Origin: the human T2T-CHM13v2.0 reference genome, Homo sapiens
Assembly: GCF_009914755.1 (NCBI RefSeq)
Contig: NC_060940.1
DNA: 64,000 nucleotides
Direction: 5' to 3' (one strand)
The translations under genes and the position numbers were made by a program. Shown here one piece after another: positions 52,466 to 64,000 of this stretch. Below the pieces are notes generated by a model. It had not been told where the DNA came from. It saw nothing but the letters and a program-made list of their open reading frames with translations, and ran no database searches. The stretch's first letter is position 1; every line of letters starts with the position of its first letter.

Positions 52466-53454
52466 TAAATGTTCACATCACCGCAGCTACTTATCTTCTT
52501 TTGGGGATTAAAATTAATACTATTTTTACTGCACTTACGTGAGTGTGTATTGCATAATCACTGACTTCACTAACATGGCCACTAACTTCACCACCTGGGG
52601 GCTAGGAAACAGGACCTGCGTAAGGGTGGGTGGAGGTAGGACTTGGGGTCGTTGGAGAGAAGTTGTTTCCAGCCAGGGAAGAGGCCACCAGCCTCCTTTT
52701 TCATTGGCTCCCACAGCCAGAGAAGGAGCAGACTGAACCCCTTTCTGAGCAGTGTGGATGGAGCACCTACTGTATATAAGGCACCACGTATGGGAATGTG
52801 GGCAGGGAGGCCATGGGACTGCATATGATGTGGATTCTTTCCTCCAGGGGCTTTCAGGCAAAAGGGGGAGGCAGACACGTGAACAACAGTGTCCCCTGCA
52901 CAGGAGACAGTGGTTAGCGCTAACATAACCAGCAACCCAGGCAAGGGTCTGGGGAGCCCTGGAGGCCCAGGCTGGGGCCCAGAGCATGGACCACCCGCTC
53001 ACTGTTGGCTCTACCACTGTGATTCTGGGACCAGCATCATTCAGCTCCTGATGTCTGCATGCAGAATGGTTCCTAGCCTGGGCTTTGGGGTCAGACAGAC
53101 TGGGCCTCCCACTTACTAGCTGTGTGGCCTTAGAAAAGTCACTTAGCCTATCTAAGCCTCAGTTTTAACATCTGTAAAAGAGCATAATAGTAATGCCCAC
53201 ATTCCTGGGATGTAGTTCCACTTAGGAAAGCTTCCTGGAGGTGGGGAAAGGTGAGCCAAGAGACAGGGAGAGCTGAAGTGGACAATGATGAAGGAAAGGT
53301 ATCGCTGGACAGTGGCAGCAGGTGGAGCTGGGTGGCAGCAGGTATGGAGTGGAGACCACTAGCGACCTTCATTAATCTCACCAGCTGGGGAAATGCCAAA
53401 GCAATAGTCTAGACCCAGGCCAAGACCGAGCCTGAGCTCTGGCTCCTTTCCCAG

Positions 53455-54615
53455 ATGCATATATATACAGGGGCACAACGTGTGTGCTCAAAGGCTCCTG
53501 CACATGCTCAATCAGGCAGTCACATATGCACACCATGCACATATCCATGACATGCAGGAATGTGTGTGCATGTACACAGAGGGGCACTCATGTGCTCATA
53601 TACATACTTCTGCTGTGCTCTTTTGAGCAATCATGCATGCACACCATGTGCACATTTATACACATGAATGCACATCCAGGTACATCCACATAGACACACG
53701 TGCATGTACACACAGAGGCACACCCAGCTGTGCTCACACACTGTTTCCAACAGCTGTTCTTTGGGGCAACCACACACATACCCATATCCATACACATGCA
53801 TGCACATACAGGTACATAAATAGGTATGCATGTCCATAGAGGGGTACACATGGGTACACCCCTACAAGTGCACACACATTGTACTCTTGGTAAATCTTTT
53901 GCAAAAATGGGAGCAATAAGTCCTCTTCCTGCATCCATGCCCTTGGTAATTTCCCCCAGCCCTGCTGACTCTGGGCTTACCTATGTGACTTGATTTGGGC
54001 AGTGGGACAATAGCAAATGTAATGCAAGCAGATATTGAAAAGTGTTTATATATGAAGACTTGCTCTTGCTGTGCTTAGAACCTTAAAACTGCCATATAAG
54101 TAAGCCCTGGCTAACTTGCTGGAGGGTGAGACCACGTGGCCAAGTCAGTTTCTGATGTTGCATCAACTGCTACTACCAGATACATGAATGATGCCATAGT
54201 AGACCTCTTACCCTCTCCAGCTGAGCTACCAGCTGCCACAGACACATGAACAGAGTTTACCTAAGCTGGTCTGGACTAGAAGAACCTTCCAGTCAACGTA
54301 CAGAATTATGAGAAATTATAAATGTTTGTTGCTAAGCTTTAGGATGACTCGTTACACAGCAGAAGCCAACTGATACAAATAGTCACTCACAGGAACATAC
54401 AGATGCACACCACGCATACGCCCATGCATTGACTGCATTTATTTGTATACACAAGCACAGAAAGACAGAAAGGTAAACTCACACATGATTCAGTGACCAC
54501 ACACATAGGCACACACATATGTATGTGTAAACAGCACACACACATGTACATCCACAATACCTCCCAGAGACATGGTTAGATGCAACACATGCATGCATAT
54601 AGGTAAATGCTCATG
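53455..54615. repeat. Degenerate CA/TG-rich low-complexity region split by an MLT1 LTR
   Basis: Dense CACA/CATG/TGCA units at 53455-53880 and 54380-54615. Confidence 0.75.
53880..54377 (+). mobile_element. MLT1G/H-type MaLR LTR
   Basis: tatgtgacttgatttgggcagtgggacaatagcaaatg...gccaactgataca. Confidence 0.7.
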
Positions 54616-55349
54616 TTTGCTCACTTAGACTAATACTGTCCCAGGACTCTGACCACTCTCTATGGACAAGTAAGCAGCCATTAACCAAACCTTCTACCCG
54701 CTTCCTGGAATCCATTAGGCAGAGGGAAGGAGGTGGTTCTGAGAAGAGGTGCCATCCAGCCCAGCCAGGAACCACAGACACACTGAGGCCCAATACTGAG
54801 CAAGGACTCAGAGTGTTCTTGGGTCTTCAGGTGGCAAGGCCTCCTGACAGGTTGACTGCAAACCTTAGAATCCTTCTTAGTGACCATCTGAGCCCTCTGA
54901 TTTGTTTTCCTCTCATTTCTGGTTGCTAAGCCTTGGGCATGGGGCGCATGGTAGTGCTATTAGAAGGTCATTTCCTCCATTCCACACTGCTCCCTCCTGC
55001 AACTCAGAGTCCCGGTATCCTGGAGTCCAGAGGGCCATGCAGGCTCTACTCCCTTGAGGAATGGGTGTTGGCCAAGTCCCCATCATGGGGACAGGAGCAC
55101 CAGGGGCCTTGGTGGGTAGGAGGCGACCCAGGCCTCTTGCTTCTCCTAGTGACCTTGCTTCTGTGTGTCTCCTGACCAACACTCACCTGGTTAGAAACAA
55201 GGTTCAAAAGGAAGCTGGTGCTCACAGCTAAAGACTGAGAACCTCTCCTCCCTGGGAATGGCTGTGTGCCCCGCTCCTTTGACTTTGCTATTATACTTCC
55301 TTGCACTGTTTGTAATTCAAATTTCCATGTGTTTTCTGTCTCTTCTACC

Positions 55350-56060
55350 TGTCTGTGGCCATCCACTTGTCCCTCTCTTGCCTTCTGCCATCCTCCTAGT
55401 CTGGACTACACCAAATGCTTGCCTGGATGACTACAATTACCTTCTAATTGTGGACTTGCACCAGTCATGGCCCCTCGGATCCATTCTCTGTGCTGTTGAT
55501 GGGCTGTTTCTAAAATGCAGTCTTGACCCACAGGTCAAAGGCCCATGAGTGACTCAAAGATGAAGCCAAGCTGGTTAACATGGCGCACGAGGCCCCAAGT
55601 GATTTGAACCCCAAGCATCTCCCCATCCTGCTCTCTTGCCACCTGCCTCTCACACTCTCTCTTAATCAGCGTTGCTTGATGACATGAGTCCCACCAATGT
55701 ACTGCATCCTCATTCACCTCCAGAACTCTGTGCCTGCTGTCCTTGTGGCCTGGAATGCCTCCAATTCCCCCCATAGCACTCCAATCATTCTTTTACCTGG
55801 CTAGCTGTTCATGACTCAGCTTGGTAGCCACTGTCTCTGCAAAGCTTCCCTGAATTCCAAGGTGCATCCACAGCCTCTACATTGGGCCAATTACCTGTTC
55901 AATTATTTGCACCCCACTCATGTACAGACCCATGCATGCCTTATAACAGGAGCTCCTTCAGGGAAGGGCCTGTATCTTGATCACCATTTTGTTCCAGTCA
56001 CATCTCTGGCACATAGTGGGCCAGAAGTAAGCGTTTGCTGAATGAATAATTACATGAATG
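55350..56060 (+). mobile_element. L2 LINE 3' region
   Basis: gcctggatgactacaattaccttctaa...ggcacatagtggg...tgctgaatgaat. Confidence 0.65.
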
Positions 56061-57169
56061 AAGCAAGCTCGGGGGGAGAAATGGGGACTGTGTCTGTGCT
56101 TAACCTAGCATGGTGTTGATGTTTGCAGATGACACTGCAGTCTTGTCCCTCTAATAGAGGGATAGTGCATGTGAGGAAGGAGCCTTGGGGCTACAGGGTC
56201 CTCATCCTCTGAGCTGCATCTCCTTCTTGGCCAAGATCTTTTCATGCTCTGGGCAAATCTACTCACTTTGCTGAGATAAGAGTTTTCCTGGGGCCTGCCT
56301 GGTTCATCCTCCAAACTTACCCTTGGGTCAGTCACACTTCAGGAAACACCTGCGTCTCTCTCATTATTCACATTCTGCTTGTTTGAGGCAGCAGGTGCTG
56401 ACTGACTGGCTGGTGTTGATCATGGATGCATTGTGGCTTCCTGTTAGATAATTCATGGAGTGCAGGTGAAGGGTCCCAACAAGACAGGCTGCATGGGTGT
56501 TGAGAGGCCCCAGGCCAACGCAGCTAAGACTCTAGCATATGGATTTCAGGACAGAAATCAGTAGGATCTTCTGAAAGATATGCTCTATTGTCCATTTATC
56601 CTGGTCAACAAATATTTATTGTACTTGGTTATGTTTGAATAAGGAAGTGTCCAGTGTCCAAGGGGATGTAGGATGACGGAGATGTGACCCACAGCCCCTA
56701 CCCATAGTATTTCCCTGGCTAGCTAGTAAGGCATGTTTAAATCTTGCACCAATATGCAAATATCCACAAGATAAAAAAAGGTGTGACAAGTATCAGACAG
56801 ATGGTATCAAGTTCTGAGTTGAGATTATTCTCTTGCAGCCAGAAAGACAGGAAGGAAATCACTGAAAGGGAAGGGTTTCAGCAATGTGGAATTTGGCTAA
56901 ATGGAGACTGAGGTTAGGAGCACCTCAGAGGCAATAGAGGAAATGATACTGCAAACTATCACTCATCAAGAACAGCAGTGTGAGAGCTACTGTGCCAGCA
57001 CAATCCCTGGCATCTGTGAGCCCCACGGTAAGCCTGCTGGGTGAGTATGTCTACTTCCATCTTACAGATGAGGAGACTCTGATAGTTCAGAAAGTAAGGG
57101 ACCTGGCTGGGGCAGCTTGTCTTGGAGCTAAGCTACAAAGCCAGGCTTTCTGGCTCCAAAGCTTGATGT

Positions 57170-57555
57170 TCTAGTAACTTTCTTCTGTGTGATGAACCAC
57201 TTTAAAATTTGTGGCTTGAACAACAATAATTATTTATTATTATCTCACGGTCTCAGGACTCTCTCTCTCATCTGGTCTTTGTGGCACAGTGGCTTTGGTG
57301 TCACTGGACCTCTCTTATGGCAGCTCTGGGTTTCAAAGGTATATGTCCCAAGAGAGAATGTCAGGTGGAAGTGGTATTGCCGTTTATGGCCTAGCCTTGA
57401 AAGTGATCTAATGGAGTCAGTCACAAAAATAATCCCCTCTCCGCAGGCTCAAAGGGAGGATCCTTAAGCCTTCATATATTAAGGGGAGTGGCAAGGTTCT
57501 AGAAGAGTATACAAGACAGGAAATACTGTTGTTACTATTTTTCATTTGCCACATC
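57170..57555 (-). mobile_element. MLT1-family LTR
   Basis: gtggcttgaacaacaataattatttattattatctcac antisense MaLR 3' end. Confidence 0.55.
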
Positions 57556-60500
57556 TGGGTTCCATTGTACTCAGGGGCCAAGACCTAGAAGCAAGGAAAT
57601 AAAATTGGTATCTGATCTCGGAAGTGAAGCCAAAGTTCAGCTTAGCAGAAGCAGCAAGTTTTCTCCTAAGGAAGTGAAGGAAAGCTCCATGGTGGCTACT
57701 TCAAGGATCCAGGCAGTGGCCACAAGGTCCTCAACTAGAGAGAAGAGAAAAGAAGGAAGCAATACTGTGAGGAGATACTGAGTTAGTGCCAGGCAGGAGC
57801 GTGGGGAAGACTCAAGGCACAGCCAAGCTCAAGTCTCAGATTTGACCTGGGTAATTCTGGGACATAGTGGTGCCAAGAACCAAGATGGAGACATCAGAGG
57901 AAGGGCTGATTTGGGAGCATGGTGACGGTTACTCTGGCGCCTTGTTGAATGAGAGGTACAGGAAGGCACATTGGGAAGCTGCCTGGAGGTGAGTAGAACT
58001 GCAGGTCTAGATCTTGGACAGTGACAGTGGACTGGGCTGAAAATGCTGACTTCAGGGATTGGAAGCCATTAGAGGTGTTGAGGACGCCAAGACGGAGAGA
58101 GCAAAGCATGAAGGAAAACACCAGAACACTGCCAGTACCAGTATTTGGAGGGTTATCTTGAGAAAGTGGAACAAGAGAAACCAATTCGAAGGAAAGACCT
58201 TAGAAGACCTTTCTGACTCCAGGACTCAAGGAAAACCCTAAGTAGAAGGATGGGGATAAAGAGTCACTCTGCCCAAAACTCATCTCCTCCAACTCTATGA
58301 AGGGCCTTGCAGACCTTTCCTCATTAGTTCCAGTTGCCAGTCACTTCTGCTGGTGCAAATTCTATCCCTGGTTGCATTGGAAACCCCCATGGAGACAGGG
58401 ACCTGTGACATCAGTGGTAGTCTTGACACGTATAGCTCAGTGCATGCAAAGAATGTTGGTTGAGTGAATGTATAAAATAGGTGAAAACATATAAACATGT
58501 CTGAAAGCAGTGGAAAATGGAGCTGCCCTGAGAGCTGAGGGCCTGGAACCTCTGGTTGGCTGCCTTTCTCTTGTCCTTTCCATCAAACTCCAAAAAGAAA
58601 GTTCCAAAGCCACTCATCTTCCCCAACATTTTCATGATACCACAGAGGCCTGGAGAGGGAAGTGGCTTTCCAAGGGTGACGCAAAGGGTCAATGTCAGAA
58701 ACGGGTCTGGACCTGGGAGTGAGTGCCCAGTAGTTCCGCTCCATGCCCACCAGTGCCCAGAGTTCTCACTAAGGAACAGGAGAAGAAGGAAGGAGCAACA
58801 AGGGCTTAGAGGGCCTTCCTCATGTAGACTCACTTGCCCCTGGAAAGCGGCTCTGGCCATGGCGGCTGGATGCCTGGGGAGGACAAGCTACGGATGGCCG
58901 GCACAAGCCTGGAGGCCCGCCGAGCGCCAGGCTGGCCGAGGCCCCTCCCTTGGCAGCGGCGGCACCTCTGGGACCTTGCGGTGGGCTGAGCTCCTTGCAG
59001 ACCCAGGGTCTAAGGGAGGAGGGGAAGGCAAGGAGACATTGCTGTGGTTTTGCGGCCAAGGAGGGAACGTACTTAGGATATTTAGGGGATGGACAGGGAA
59101 CCGGCTCCACTTCCCTGCAGCCTCTGCCTGCCAGCGCTCACCCACTGGAACATGCCATTTGAGAAATGTCTTCATTTTCTCTGTCATTGGCCAGGTTCCC
59201 GCCACACTCGTTGGGAGCGGGAAGAGGGGGGCAGGAGAGGGAAGGTAGGGGTCATAGACCGGAGCAAAGGATTGGAAAACTGGCTCCTAAGAGCTCTCTG
59301 CACAAAGAAAACACCATGGGTCCTGCCAAATCTGCCCGCTGCATGGTCTGACACCCACACGTGGCCCCCTGAGCTCCCTCCCGCCATCCCACAGGAAGTC
59401 CCATTTCTCCCTGGCCCATGGCCCGATGGGGGCACACCTCGAACCGAGGCCCAACCTGCAGAGCGGGCTCCATCCACCCAGCCATTTTAGGGAGGGTGGC
59501 AACATTCTGCACAAGAGCCGAGTTCAGCTGGGCACCTCCCCTGCCAACAGTAAGCCTCTCAAGTCGGTCTTTATTTTTATAGACCACGGCTTAAAGGCCC
59601 CAGCCACTGTGAGTCCTGGTTTCCTTGCTTATTTGTAATTTTTAAACAACTTGATTTATTGCTTGGAAGCCTCTGAATGTATTCATAGACACAGAATTAC
59701 AGAAATATCAGAGCTGGGGAAGAAAATGCCAGAGCTGCCTTTGTCCAACTGCCTAATTTTACAGATGGAGAAACTGAGGCTCAAGGGGGCATTCACTGGG
59801 AAATTTAGACATCTAGAAATAAAATGCAGATTAATATAAAAAACTTTTGCTATTGGTGGGAGATGGTTGGCTGTGGGCGACAGAAATAGGCTTTAGAAAC
59901 AAGTGGACTTTTGTTCAATTCCTGGCTTTGTCACTTTAGCTGCATTTTCTTGGAAAAGCTATTTAACCTCTCTGCACCTCAGCCTTCTCATGTGGAAAAT
60001 GGAAAACAGTATGCCCATCCCTATATGAGGATAATGGATACAAAATGCCACCCACAGCACCTGGTGAGTAGCCACTCAGCCAATATACCTCTTGTCTTAT
60101 GTCTCAGATAGATATCATACATATTCCCCTGTTATTGATTTTTAATAAATTAAAGAACTGGACATTTCAAAAGAGAAAGTCCAACTGCATGTATCTTTGT
60201 CATCTGGAATATGACTCAGCTTTATGGAAACTGTTGGGGCCAGGCCTGGGTGGGGACAATACCTTCCTCCAGAGAGAGCCACAGACCAGTGGCAAGGAGG
60301 GTTTATGTCAGCATGCCCGCCTTGCTACCATACCCGAGACGTCACCCGATCAGGGCAGATTCAGTGCTGGACCGCTCTGCCCAGGCATTGGAAAGTAGAG
60401 GCCTGGCTCTGAGTGTGGAACAGGAGATTTACCTTAAAGATAACCCAGTTTGGGCCCGATAGAGATCAGCTGGCATTTCGTGGGGCTGAAAGAGTGGCAA

Positions 60501-61649
60501 CTGAATACTCTGCCCTGCCTGACCCGGCCCCTGTACCAACGCCGTAGATCGATTTCTATTTTTTCCTTTCTTCTGTAAACAGTGGCGCAGGGCAGGTCTG
60601 CCCGGATGGCTGGCCCACAGGCCCGCCCCAGAATCCCTGATCGTCTATGGCAGATAATGCGGGCTTGAATTCGCACCCATCCCAATGTTCATTCACATCG
60701 AGCTTTTTTGGCACTTCAGTAATGAAGAAAGGGAGAGGAGAAAGGAGAAGGGGCGAAAGAGGCGGGAGGAAGAGCCATCGATATGAAACATCCCGGCTCG
60801 GATTCTGGGCAAACAGCTGCTTTGTGTTTAGAATTTGGGGCTTGACTGGGTTTCAAGGCAAACCACAGCACTGAAGCCAGTCTTTCTTCTTTCTGCCAAC
60901 AGGCGCCCACAAATGCCTAAATTTAGAAGCTGGCAATTGCACTCATTTAGGATTTTAGGAGAAACTCAGGTAAAACAAACTATCTCAGATCAGAAAGGTT
61001 TGTGAACTCGCTTTGTTGATGGCATTTACTCATTTCATCGAGGGTGGTGGGAAGGGTCTTTTTTGCTCCATCTTTTTCTCAAAAACACAAATGCAATTTC
61101 CATCCCGGAAGTAAAGTTGATAGACTCTGTTTTGAGACATCCCTTCTCTTGGGATTACCTGGGCACGCCCATAGGTGACCCCACAGAATGGCCAGTGGAC
61201 CTGCTTGTCCCACAGAGAGGGCTTTACGGGCCCAATCCCACAGAGATGATTAACATCAGATTTTACAGGAAGTAGTGAGGTTGAAAAGAGACAGGCGAAG
61301 AAAGAACTGCAGAGAAGAGAGAAGAAAAAAAGAAAAGGACCCTGCCCAGGTCAAGTCAGCCCATAGCTGTGGTTAGCAGTCTGCTGTGAGGCTGCAGGCA
61401 TGGCCCTTCCCCCAGACATCAGCGCCCTCACGTCTCCCCTCAGAGGGCTCATCTTCTTGACAGACAAGTGTAGTGGGACAGAAGGAAGGAGCCCACTGTC
61501 TATGCCCTCTCCACATTCTTCTCTTCCATGGACACTCAGAAAAGGGAAATTGTCAGGTAGGGGGAAAAGGATGGCTAATTGCTGTGTGAACTTGGGCAAG
61601 TTTCTTAACTTTTCGGGTCTCCATTTCTTTATACATAAAATATGGATAA

Positions 61650-61815
61650 GTCAGCAGCAGTATCTCATGCCTGTGATCCCAGCACTTTGGGAGGCCAAGA
61701 CGGAATGATTGCTTGAACCCAGGAGTTCGAGATCAGCTTGGGCAACAGAGTGAGACCTTGTCTCTTAAAAAACAAACAAACAGGCAAACAAAAAGAAATA
61801 AAAGAAAATAAAAAC
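61650..61815 (+). mobile_element. FLAM (free left Alu monomer)
   Basis: Single monomer cctgtgatcccagcactttggg...gagaccttgtctc plus A-rich tail. Confidence 0.8.
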
Positions 61816-62134
61816 ATGTAAAGTTTGTATAATAATACCCTTCTATACCCCAGAATGAAAACCAAATAAAATAACGCATAAAAGTCACCCTAGGAGGGAC
61901 TTGTTGGCTGAGTGGTTATATTATTCATGCTGTTGGTCCTTGCCCATGGGCTTGATTTGTTTTTGTCCTCACTGATACCTGACAATACGGCAGAGGAGGC
62001 TAAAAGAGGTAAGCAAAGACAACATATGATAAACCTAAGTGGCACAGATAATAAATGGCAGTGGGGAGGGGTTGGGGGGTTGGGGAGGTCTGTCTAGAGG
62101 AAGTGAGAATTAAGGGGCAACATAACATGATAAC

Positions 62135-62378
62135 CAAGGTGCAGACTCTGGAGCCAGACTTCTGGGTTCTTACTCCAGCTCTGATCCTTGTAAGCTGTGA
62201 CCTTAGGCTAGTTACTTAACGTCTATGTGCCTCAGTTTCCTCATCTATAAAATGGAAATACTCATGATAGATACTTCCTTCATTGCACTGTTATGGGGAC
62301 TAAATGAGTTAATCTGGGTGAACCATTTACAATCACACTTGTCATAGAATGAACACTCAATAAATTAGCTATTATTAA
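62135..62378 (+). mobile_element. MIR SINE, near full length
   Basis: gactctggagccagac...gcctcagtttcctcatctataaaatgg...ctcaataaattagctattatt. Confidence 0.85.
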
Positions 62379-62389
62379 GCTATGCCTTG

Positions 62390-63380
62390 ACACTCAGATG
62401 GAAGATGTGGGAGGATGGTGTGGAAACAGGAGGGGATTCCAGATTGGGAGAGGATCATGGGCAACAGTATGGAGGTGAGAGGAGAGAGGCATAGTCAGGA
62501 AGTGATGGCCAGGTCAGGTTAGTTGGAGCAAGGTGGTGGTGCTGGGGGGTTAGTGGGAAATTAAGGGAGGAAGAAGGCTGGAGTCAGAGCATGTAGGCTC
62601 TAAATGCCAGCCCACAAGACTGGGCTTGATCTCATGTTTGGTAAAAAGTCAAAGATAGCCTGGGCAGGAAACTTGTTCAATTCAAGTATTGTCTTTGATT
62701 GATCTTGTAACAATATGTAGGACAATGTGAAGGACGGAAGTGATTAAAGCCTGGGAGGCCAGGTAGGTAGCAAGTACCTCCATTCAGGTGTCAACTTGAA
62801 AAGGCCTAGACTGGGAAGGCAAAATTTGCGCTGCCACCCTCTCTTCCTATGTCCATGACAGACATCACTAATGGATCACGGCCGTCCCCCCCCATCGAGG
62901 CCTGGAAATCTTTCTCCACCCTGTAATCCAGGTGGATACTATCAATGCGTCAGAGCTGGGACTTGAGAGGAAACTTACTTGCTTCCCCTGGCTTGGGTAG
63001 GCTAAGGTGGTGCCACTGGGGGTGACAGAGAAGGGATCAGTGCGAGCAATAGGAAAGAAAGGGAGGAAAGAAAGGGAAGCACAGAACGGACTAATGGACT
63101 GAAGAATGAAGAAGAGGAGGATGCAGAGATGACTTAGAGTTCCAGGAGGGCCGAGAAAATGTGTTTGGTGTTGTTGAAAACAGGAAAGAGAGGATGTGTT
63201 GTGGGAGCAGGGTGCAGCAATTTGGGTGAAGACACGGCGGCTTTGGGGCGGGTTGAGTTGGAGGCAAGTACTGGTCACCTGGCAGGAAACATTTAATCTG
63301 CACTTGAAGACAGGGTCCTGGAGTTCTGTCAGAGGCAGGAGCTGGGCCATATGGAGGTGATAGTGGACACGGCTAGAATA
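62390..63380 (-). mobile_element. L2 LINE fragments
   Basis: ggggattccagattggg..., gaaggctggagtcagagcatgtaggc, gcaggagctgggccatatggaggtgatag. Confidence 0.55.
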
Positions 63381-64000
63381 GGATCTCGGTCCTGGACTTA
63401 TGGCCCTTTCTGACCCTTGGTAACCCCAGGAGCTCTGACATTAGAAAACCCTGCTTCCATCCTATCAAACAAATTAAAATGCACCCACAGTCCACATTAA
63501 ACATAATTTTTATATAAGTAGACACAAATTGAGTTGGCTTGCAGTTGAGTAGTTGATGTCATGTTATGGTTTGTAGACATTTAAACATATATTAATTTTA
63601 ATTTAGTGGTTTTCTTTTCATATTTTAGAGCCAAAATATTTTTTTTTTCAGTTCTCAGATATTTTCACAGGCCCTTGAGAAGCATGTTATAAAGCTTAGA
63701 TATTATGCCTGTAATGCCAAATGTTTTAAAGAGCCGAGCCTGGGATGGAGGTGGCAGGGATCGGGTAAGGGTGGCGTGGGTCAGGGTTCTGACAAGCACC
63801 ATCCTAGAATCTGGGAACATCTTCTACCATCAGGTGTCCCCATCCTGTTGGCTTACACAAGACTCACAGCCACAAACCTGGCCACGGGCAGTCGTGAAAT
63901 TAACATCACAGCATGGGATAACTATCACGATGTGGGCATCAGCTATTTGGAATGGACACCCATGAGCTGGACCAGGATCCTGAAGGATCCCTTCAGCACC

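Noticed and set aside
58556-59248. 230-aa plus-strand ORF
   Set aside because: Non-ATG start, begins across MIR-derived sequence, composition reflects GC richness, no homology recognised
62800-63745. Possible hAT-Tip100-type DNA transposon fragments
   Set aside because: Resemblance is too vague to name or delimit

Overview
Primate, almost certainly human, non-coding genomic DNA: AluY/AluS/AluJ, an L1PA3-like 3' end, THE1/MST/MLT LTRs, and many MIR/L2 and DNA-transposon fossils. I find no credible protein-coding exon, RNA gene, CRISPR array or prokaryotic system; the ORF track is chance and repeat-derived. Between the repeats are several repeat-free islands rich in TAAT/PBX/MEIS motifs and sometimes CpG (about 6.9, 11.6, 16.3, 19.4, 30.2, 40.1, 44.9, 48.4 and 60.6 kb). 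These resemble conserved enhancers of a gene desert or large intron near a developmental regulator; this is inference and the locus was not identified. The most unusual observations are: (1) six fixed-geometry AATTTGCTAACCAAT-like 15-mers at about 40 kb; (2) a ~50-65 bp piece of the 16 kb enhancer-like element copied into a MIR 1.2 kb upstream; (3) a 31-bp tandem repeat built of alternating inverted arms at 291-402, with more hairpins nearby; (4) an old ~250-bp local duplication (51.1/53.0 kb); and (5) a miR-1302-like MER53 hairpin. Repeat subfamily names come from remembered consensus sequences, and boundaries of old repeats are approximate.
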